Source: Octopus vulgaris (taxonomy: Eukaryota). From it: DNA of 64,000 nt. The position numbers were made by a program, and so were the translations under genes. The stretch lies in NCBI GenBank assembly GCA_951406725.2, contig OX597819.1:16864001-16928000 (forward strand), in the 5' to 3' direction. Shown piece after piece: positions 56,417 to 64,000 of this stretch (position 1 is its first letter; each line of letters begins with the position of its first letter). The notes under the pieces were generated by a model. It saw only the letters and a list, made by a program, of their open reading frames with translations, was not told where the DNA came from and did no database searches.

Positions 56417-56960
56417 TTATACAAGCAGGTGAATGAGCTATGAATTTTCCATTGCTGCCTACGTTTGCACCGTACTACATAGCTACTACAGGAAAGAAAA
56501 TTGGTTTCTATCAAAGCATAAACATACAATGTAAACCATATATATTGGGTATATTAGTCATTATGGATACAGTGGAATACGTTACGAAATTAAGGAAATC
56601 CTTACAAAACAACTCTGTCCTATCGTCTAATATTCACTATAAATATAAAAAAAATCCTAGTGATACAGTTACTGAGTTTATAGTTATAAATACTGTAATA
56701 GCAATAAGAAATATAGCATGTACGTCAATACTAAAGACACCGATAAATGTCTGCACTTACATAGGGATAATGAATGACCACAGATATAAAATGTCAATGG
56801 TGAAGTCTCTGCTTATAAAACCATTTCGATTCCCCTCATACAAATGAAACATTAAACAAAGAAATCTACAGAATAATCAACAACTGGTATCAAACTTACT
56901 AGCAGATCAAGCCGAAGAAGCATACAGAAAAGAATTTAATGCAGTAAATACATAAAGCAC
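56417..56960 (+). mobile_element. Decayed Penelope-like reverse transcriptase fragment
   Basis: YKQVN/AMNFPLLPTFAPYY (cf. GVAMGSPLGPTFANYY), LVIMDTVEYVTKLRKSLQNNSVL, TSILKTPIN...RYKMSMVKSLL (cf. TSVYxKPTN...YKxSxIKSL). Confidence 0.65.
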
Positions 56961-57063
56961 TACATCTAGTAAACTACATAAGCAAGATATAAAGTACGAT
57001 ATATCGTATATTACCTGAATCAAGATGCACAATTGATATCTATTTAGTCTGTCTATCAATCTT

Positions 57064-57159
<96 letters not shown>

Positions 57160-57382
57160 CCTGTCTGTCAGTCTGGCTGTCTGTCTGCCTGTCTGCCTGC
57201 CTGTCTGTCTGTCTCTCTGTCCACTCATCCATTCACCCATCCTTCCACCCGCGTCTGTTTACCTTGCTAATCCCTTCTTTCTGCATATGCGCGCGCATAT
57301 CATTGTATCTAGAAGAAAAATTTGCTTCCATGCGCAACTGCTGGTCTTCTTAAAAAAACATCTTGCCCAAGCCTGCTCATGC

Positions 57383-57419
<37 letters not shown>

Positions 57420-57422
<3 letters not shown>

Positions 57423-58004
57423 TGACAGAATGAGATAAAAAAATCCTAGGCTGTAAATAGTTTTCAGAATATTTATAATGAAAAACTCTTAGAGCTATTT
57501 CCGGGATATATTACATATCCCTTCATCAGAGACGGTGCGACAAAATGTTTGAGTATTAATTATTGTAGAGAAGATATGAAATACAGAGGGAAGTAAGAGA
57601 ATGAAAGTAGAAGTGAGATACATAAGGATATTGTATTTGCAGTTCCATTATTCAAGTACAATGGTGCATATAAATGGTGACGAAGTTTTTTGTACCTGGT
57701 GTGTGAGTTCCAATGCTAGTTATATTTGGTCACTCCAAGTATAGAGCCTTGTAAACAGTGTTGCTCGATCGAGGGTGTTTTTTTGGTGTGAATTAAAATT
57801 TGGGAATACGTTGTTAATATTAATGGATAGATGGAGGGAGGAGAGATATATGATTAGAAATAGGAGATAGGTCAAATCAAAAACAGGATGAGCTTTTTTC
57901 TCTTTTTCCCTTCCATTCTCTCTTCTTGTTTTTGACTTGACTTATCTCCTCTTTCTAATCATATACATCTCTCTTTCTTCCATCTATCTATTAATATTAC
58001 CAAC
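57420..58004 (-). mobile_element. Penelope-like terminal remnant with hammerhead and an ~83-bp inverted repeat
   Basis: Hammerhead 57486-57533 about 65 nt from a (TA)n end. Inverted arms at 57810-57892 and 57920-58004. Confidence 0.45.
57486..57533 (-). ncRNA. Minimal type-I hammerhead ribozyme motif (partly degenerate)
   Basis: Minus strand GTCT-CTGATGA-A-GGGATAT(GTAAT)ATATCCC-G-GAAA-TAGCTC-TA-AGAG: intact core boxes, 7-bp stem II, near-palindromic stem III, 3-bp stem I. Confidence 0.6.
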
Positions 58005-58007
58005 ACC

Positions 58008-58785
58008 CATCTAAGATTCGCTAATGAGATAGCGCTGCTAGCGGAGAGCACCGACCATGTTAGATAAACTGGATTTCAGGGTTTCGGCGGTCGGCCTGAA
58101 GATCAGCCGTGCAAAAACCAAGCACATACGGTCTGAGGGTGTACTCATCGGACGCCTAACAGTCGGAGACGATGAAATAGGAGAGTTGAGCAGCTGTGTG
58201 TATCTCGGTCAAGAAGTGACTATGAGACGAGAGATGGAGAATGAGATCTTGCGAAGGGTAAGAGCAGGATGGAAAGCATTCAACTCGGTGAAGGATGTGC
58301 TGAAGGCGAACCTAGACAAGGCAACTCGTGCTAGTTTCTCGAACAGTACAATCTTGCCTGCAATGCTATACGCATGTGAGATTTAGGCTTGACGAAGAGA
58401 GAACAATAACATCTGTTTACGGCGCAGAGTCCCATGGAAAGGTTGATGTTGGGAATCTCGATAAGCGATCACACACAGAACAAGGGGATCAGGGATAGAA
58501 CTTGAGTGAAGGACGTCGTCGCAGAATACCACCACGCAAAGCTACGATAGGCCAGTCATGTCGCAAAGTTCATAGACAATCAGTGAACCGTTCAGTTGTT
58601 GAGTGGTACCCGCGCGAGCAGAAGAGTTCACTCGGAAGACCCCCAATCAGGTGGGAAGATGATTTTAAAACAAATGTTTGGAACAACGTAGAAGAAAGAG
58701 TAAAGTGAGAGCACGAGGGGAATGGACCGAATGCTGTGACCAGCGGAGCCAACTCATCACCAAACAGCCTGGCAGATCCGTGTGA
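58008..58785 (+). mobile_element. 5'-truncated RTE-clade LINE (RT C-terminus and 3' end)
   Basis: HLRFANEIALL (decayed FADD), GLKISRAKTK, CVYLGQ, EILRRVRAGWKAF, ILPAMLYACE, EWYPREQKSSLGRPPIRWEDD; stops and frameshifts present. Confidence 0.88.
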
Positions 58786-59591
58786 GTGTGTGTGTGTATG
58801 TATGTATTTATGTAGGTATAATTTCAACAAAAATGAGCTAAGGGAAATCTCTGAGTGGGCGGTGGCATAAATTTGAACTTTGACAAATGCAGGGATATCA
58901 AATATCATACAGTATAAACACTTGATTTCTTAAAATTATCTCTACTTAGACTAGCTCCAAATTAGAAATGCATTTATAATTACTTATCCATCCATCCACT
59001 CATGGATCCGTCCATCGATCAATCGATCGATCGATCCATCCATCCATACAGTTCTATGATGGCTTATCTGGTCGAAACTTCGAAGTCACTGTCAATACTA
59101 TTCTTGTAAAAAGATAATAAATTTGTACTCTGCCAAATGTCTTGAGTAATATTTCAATTTAATGTAAAACTTTTATTATAGCATAACAACAAACATTAAT
59201 GTACTCATAGACACACACACGCACACACACACAAACACACGCACGCGCACACACATACACACATATATGCATGTATGTATACATATATGTATGTGTGTAT
59301 ATATATGCATGTATATGTATATCTGTATACACGCGCGCGCACAGAGAGAGAGAAAGAGAAAGTCTAAGGTCCTGGCAGGGTGTAAAGTTAGGGTATCTCC
59401 AGAGTGGCACTCGACCCGAATACTGGGCTACCAACACTGTCAGGTACTAGGCTAAAGCCGGGATTCTTCAGATGTAGAAAATTCAAGTTACCTGACGATC
59501 ACCTCGCAAGGTGGATTTAGCGAAGAGTAAATAATCCAAATAATAAATCAAGAAAATTCTTGAACATCTTTAATGATACGTTACAATTGTT

Positions 59592-59659
<68 letters not shown>

Positions 59660-60267
59660 AATGAATGTTTTTATATATAATGAACGTGAAATACAGGAAG
59701 GGACGAACACGGAACACAGACAAATCATTCGAAGCCTTCAATCTTCAGTCAGACACCGAATCATCATAGCAAATTTCGGCTGTTCAATTCTGATATTTGC
59801 TCCAACTCGGCCAGCCCCAAGAAAAAAACTAAGCTGTAAGCATTAGATTTCTTGGTAGAAGACAGGAATGTGAACGCACAAGACGGATGTAAATACAAGA
59901 GACGAAAACGAAATTGAAAACAGTAATGAATAAACAAAATATATATAACGGTGGTTATACATATATATATACATATATATATATGTATATGTCTATATTT
60001 ATATATATACATATTATCAAAATAAGCAACAAGTATATCCGAGGTAATGTAGTACGATCATTTCATGCTACTTCATTTTATTAAACACTGTAAGCATTAC
60101 ATCAGTTTCAAAATGTCGAGCAATCTTCAGCCACCTTTAGAGATTTTCCAATCAAACGGACAATGCACATTCTTATCCTTATTTCGCTGAACTTATATAT
60201 ATATGTATATATAATTATATAGCTGTACACACACACACACACACTCACACACACACACACACACACG

Positions 60268-60368
<101 letters not shown>

Positions 60369-60903
60369 TTGTACTGTCGTTACCGTCTTGCTTTTTTTAC
60401 CATTTTTTACCCCTCTGCGAAAAGATCTCAGAATTTTAATTGATTTGCTTTTCGCAGGAAGGAAGTTTCTTCGAAGTATACGTCTCGCTTTTATCCTTCG
60501 AAACGTAGAGTAGATGAAACCTTAGCGACTGAAGAAGGGGATTTTTCGTTGTGCTTATTGTCCTGTATCTCTTTTTTTTCTTTTTTGCTTGTCCTGTTCC
60601 TTGGTTTGTGTCTATGTTTTTCGTCTCTCTATGTGTTCGACGTCTTTTTGGTGTCCTGTACACATATATGCGTGTATATGTACATGTAGAGGTAGGTACG
60701 TACATATATGTTTATATATATGCATATGTTCTATTTTATTAACATATATATATATATATATATACATACACATTTGTGTATGTGTGTATACATGTATAAA
60801 CACTTTGAAATACACGATTTAAACGTATCTCGCGTAGGACATCAAAATATTACGGTGCAGATATCGTGATACGCAATGGACCATGTGTACAGTATTGAAA
60901 AAA

Positions 60904-60945
60904 ATGGCGCTACCAATCGCTGAAAGTTTCATAAACATTCAGAAG
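60904..60945 (+). CDS. Candidate first coding exon of an unidentified divergent gene (MALPIAESFINIQK)
   Basis: aaaATGGCG start context, 14 open codons, then a consensus donor AAG|GTAAGT. Local CpG cluster at about 60795-60920. No convincing in-frame next exon found and the peptide is not recognised. Confidence 0.4.
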
Positions 60946-62816
60946 GTAAGTAGATGCAAGAACAAAACGAGATATGGACACTGAGCAGTGTGATGTCCCA
61001 CCGAAAACAGGGTGTTGGGATTCGCACCTTTCACTACATAACGTGAAGAATATCAAGAGGAAAGTGCGGCAAGTGAAAGGGTGGAAACTGTATGAATGAG
61101 TTGAATCATCCACACTGTCTCTCTCCCTTCCCTGTGACTGCGGGGTAGCAACATTGTCATGATGAGAAAATAAGAACAGCAACGAAGAAGACGGCAACAA
61201 CAATAACAATAACAATAGCGATGATGACAGCAGCACCAACAACAACAACAGCAACAACAGTGTTTGTACTGTTTGTAACACATAAGGTATTTGGTTTCAT
61301 CACATTACAACTGAAAGTAGATAAAGGGGTGTGTCACCACCCCCTTTCATTTGAGTGTCACCACCACTATAACTACTATAACCACAACAGACACCCCCCC
61401 CATCTTCCTCTATCACCACCACCACCACCACCACCAAAAGCAACAACAGCAACAACAGTACTATCATTATCAAAGACAGTAAGAGACACCTCCATTAATA
61501 TCTCTTCCTCTACCACCACAGCTACCACTGCCAAAACAACAACAACGACCACTGACCCCGTCATTGACACTACCAACTGGACCACCACCGACATTATCAC
61601 CACCGCAGCTACTGCCAACAACAACAACAACAACAAGAAGAAGCCCCTGTACGAACGCTACCGCTAATCAACACAACCGCCATCATTCCCCCACCACCGC
61701 CGTCACCATTATAAGCATTCCCATCACCATCATCGTAATCACACAGTCTCAGAAAGACTCACTTTATACTAGTCTCCCTCTCCCTATTTACAGACGTCCA
61801 CACACACACACTGAAATAATTTATCAGGGATCTGTGGTGTCAACTTTAGGGGCCTTTCTTACACAACAGTAGTAGCAGTAGTACATATGTACTTGCTCCT
61901 TCTTCTGGGATATTGGTGGCCATAGTTGCTAGAGATAGTGGAAGTAGTGAAGGAGATGGTGGTGATGGTGAAGGTGGTGGTGGTTAAGGTAGTGGCAGGG
62001 GAGGCGGCTGTGGGTTGTTGTTGTTGGTGGTGGTGGTAGTGGTGGTGGTAGTCATTGGGGCAAAGGTGGTGGCAGTAGTAGTGATGGTCGCTGTGATGTT
62101 CGTGGTCGCATCATGCTGATGGTGGTGGTGGTGGTGGTGGTGGAGACAGTGCTATAGTTATTATTGTTGTTGACAGTGGTGGTAGCTTTGCTATTGGCGG
62201 TATTGTTGTTGTTGGTAGTGGTGTGTTTTGTTACTAGTAGTAGGAGTGGAATTAGATTGGAAAACAGAAAGAATGGTGGTGATGGGGTTAGTCAGGGAGT
62301 TTGGGTGTCTGAGAAGGTGGGAGCGGCAGCCACGGCGATGGTGATGGTGGTGGTGGTGGTGGTGGTGGTAAAAGAAAGCGAGTGACAGATCTGAAAACGA
62401 CATAATAGCTGCAAGACATTGACTCTTCCCTTCGTTACACACACACACACACACGTCTAATCGCATACAATTACACACATCTATATTCTACACATATACA
62501 TACAGCTACCGTACTGCCACCACCACCACCATCAGCGTCATCAATGAGGGAGTATCTACATGGGCGCGCGACCTGTTAGAAATAGCAACCAAATAATCCT
62601 GAAGTCACATTTCACCATCTTAAAAAATGACTTGGATAGTATATGGTTCTGAGTTTACTGTAGATAGGAAAAAGACAGGATTATCATGAATGGACTACCT
62701 TCGACTATAGCTCTGTTTAAACAGGACTGTCCTAGATCAAAATAACAACACAAACACAACTACCATCACCACCCCTGCAACCAGAGCAAACACATGTACA
62801 CACGGATGTGTGTGTA

Positions 62817-62847
<31 letters not shown>

Positions 62848-62954
62848 ATGTATGTATGTATGTATGTATGTATGTATGTATGTATGTATGCATGCATGTA
62901 TGTATGTATGTATGTATGTATGTATGTATGTATGTATGTATGTATGTATGTGTG

Positions 62955-62987
<33 letters not shown>

Positions 62988-63123
62988 TTGTGTGTGTGTG
63001 TACGTGTGTGTACGAATCAGTGTGACTGAATCTTAACTATGGACAGCTACTTTATGCAAAATTTTGCCAGAGCACTGTCTGTGGAGTATATATGTATATG
63101 TGTGTGTGCGCGCGCACATTTGC

Positions 63124-63249
<126 letters not shown>

Positions 63250-64000
63250 TTCTGCATGTTTGTTATCTTTATATATATGTATGTATACGTATGTATATCT
63301 GTATATATATATATATATATATAGGTTACATGATCCACACACCCCCAGCCCCTATTTGACAGTGATAGAAACGAGTGAAATAAATATATTCATCAGGCAT
63401 TTTGGAGGATGAGTGCTGGGGCGGTAGGGTGTGTGTATGTGTGTGTGTGTGTCATAAACCCCCTCCCAATCAAATCGCCTTTCCTTCCTAGGATACTGTT
63501 AAATCCCATGCCCAATTTACGGGGGTGGTACCCTGTTCCATTTCAGCAGCGCTCCAATCCCGTATTATCATTTAGCCAACCTCAGTTTTTATTTGTTTAT
63601 GTATGTAGTTTATGAAATGTAGTGTGGTATAATATGGCTTTGTTGAAACAGAATCTTTTGTTGTTATTGTTTGTCATTTCTGTTTTCTTTCCTTTTTTTG
63701 TTTTTTTTTTGTTTTCAGCCGTAGTCGGCTCTTATCGTGCCATGCAACTACAAACATAGCATCCTTCTTCAGACACAGTCTATATAGGAGTAAATTAACT
63801 TAGGGAGTCCTTTTAAAATTGACTGTAGGCTGTCATTTCAGGAAGATTCCTTTGATATTTAAATAAAGGGTAGCGGATGACAGTGTAGAACCGGAACCTT
63901 CCTTAGAGACTTCGTAGTTGCTATTGTTTAACTCCAGGTCAGCCCTGCTCAAGCGATTTGATGATTAAACACAGGACAAATATGCCTTTGTCGTCAATAA

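Noticed and set aside
59488-59515. CTGACGA followed by the hairpin CACCT/AGGTG
   Set aside because: No GAAA box or NUH after the stem.
60410-60545. Hammerhead-like pieces (CTGCGA...CGAAACGTA...CTGAAGA)
   Set aside because: Core has a deletion and stems I/II cannot be paired convincingly in either topology; at most a decayed relic. Similar weak cases lie near 8145-8250 and 60095-60130.
63661-63800. Strong acceptor (T-tract + CAG at 63716-63718) as exon 2 of the 60.9-kb candidate
   Set aside because: A phase-0 join gives CCG TAG; no recognisable peptide in the other frames.

Overview
Eukaryotic, AT-rich, extremely microsatellite-dense DNA. The repeat repertoire suggests an octopus or other coleoid cephalopod (inference from recalled repeat families). 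Almost all ORFs in the supplied track are microsatellite artefacts. The one well-supported host gene is a Musashi-family RNA-binding protein on the minus strand. Coding exon 1 (16165-16226, MKMDSQTPQTNSTDEIPNDP) splices in frame across a 12.8-kb intron to a 41-bp exon 2 (3329-3369, G-KMFIGGLSWQTTG); later exons lie left of the window. A compact PBX/TALE-CCAAT-RFX-CRE motif cluster lies about 1.5 kb upstream of the start codon. A candidate first exon of a divergent gene sits at 60904-60945. The rest is mobile-element debris: tRNA-SINEs, RTE, CR1/Jockey-like and Tx1-like LINE fragments, a Penelope-like RT fragment, a DD34E Tc1 with long IR-DR ends, a maT/mariner-like relic and a HINE-like element. 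The most interesting signals are: (1) minimal type-I hammerhead ribozyme motifs in short inverted-repeat, microsatellite-anchored elements, one with an inverted copy beginning at the predicted cleavage site; (2) a three-copy family carrying a non-canonical hammerhead core; (3) a Tx1-like LINE that seems to insert in (TATC)n and shares its 3' tail with a tail-swapping SINE. Repeat boundaries are approximate unless stated as exact.
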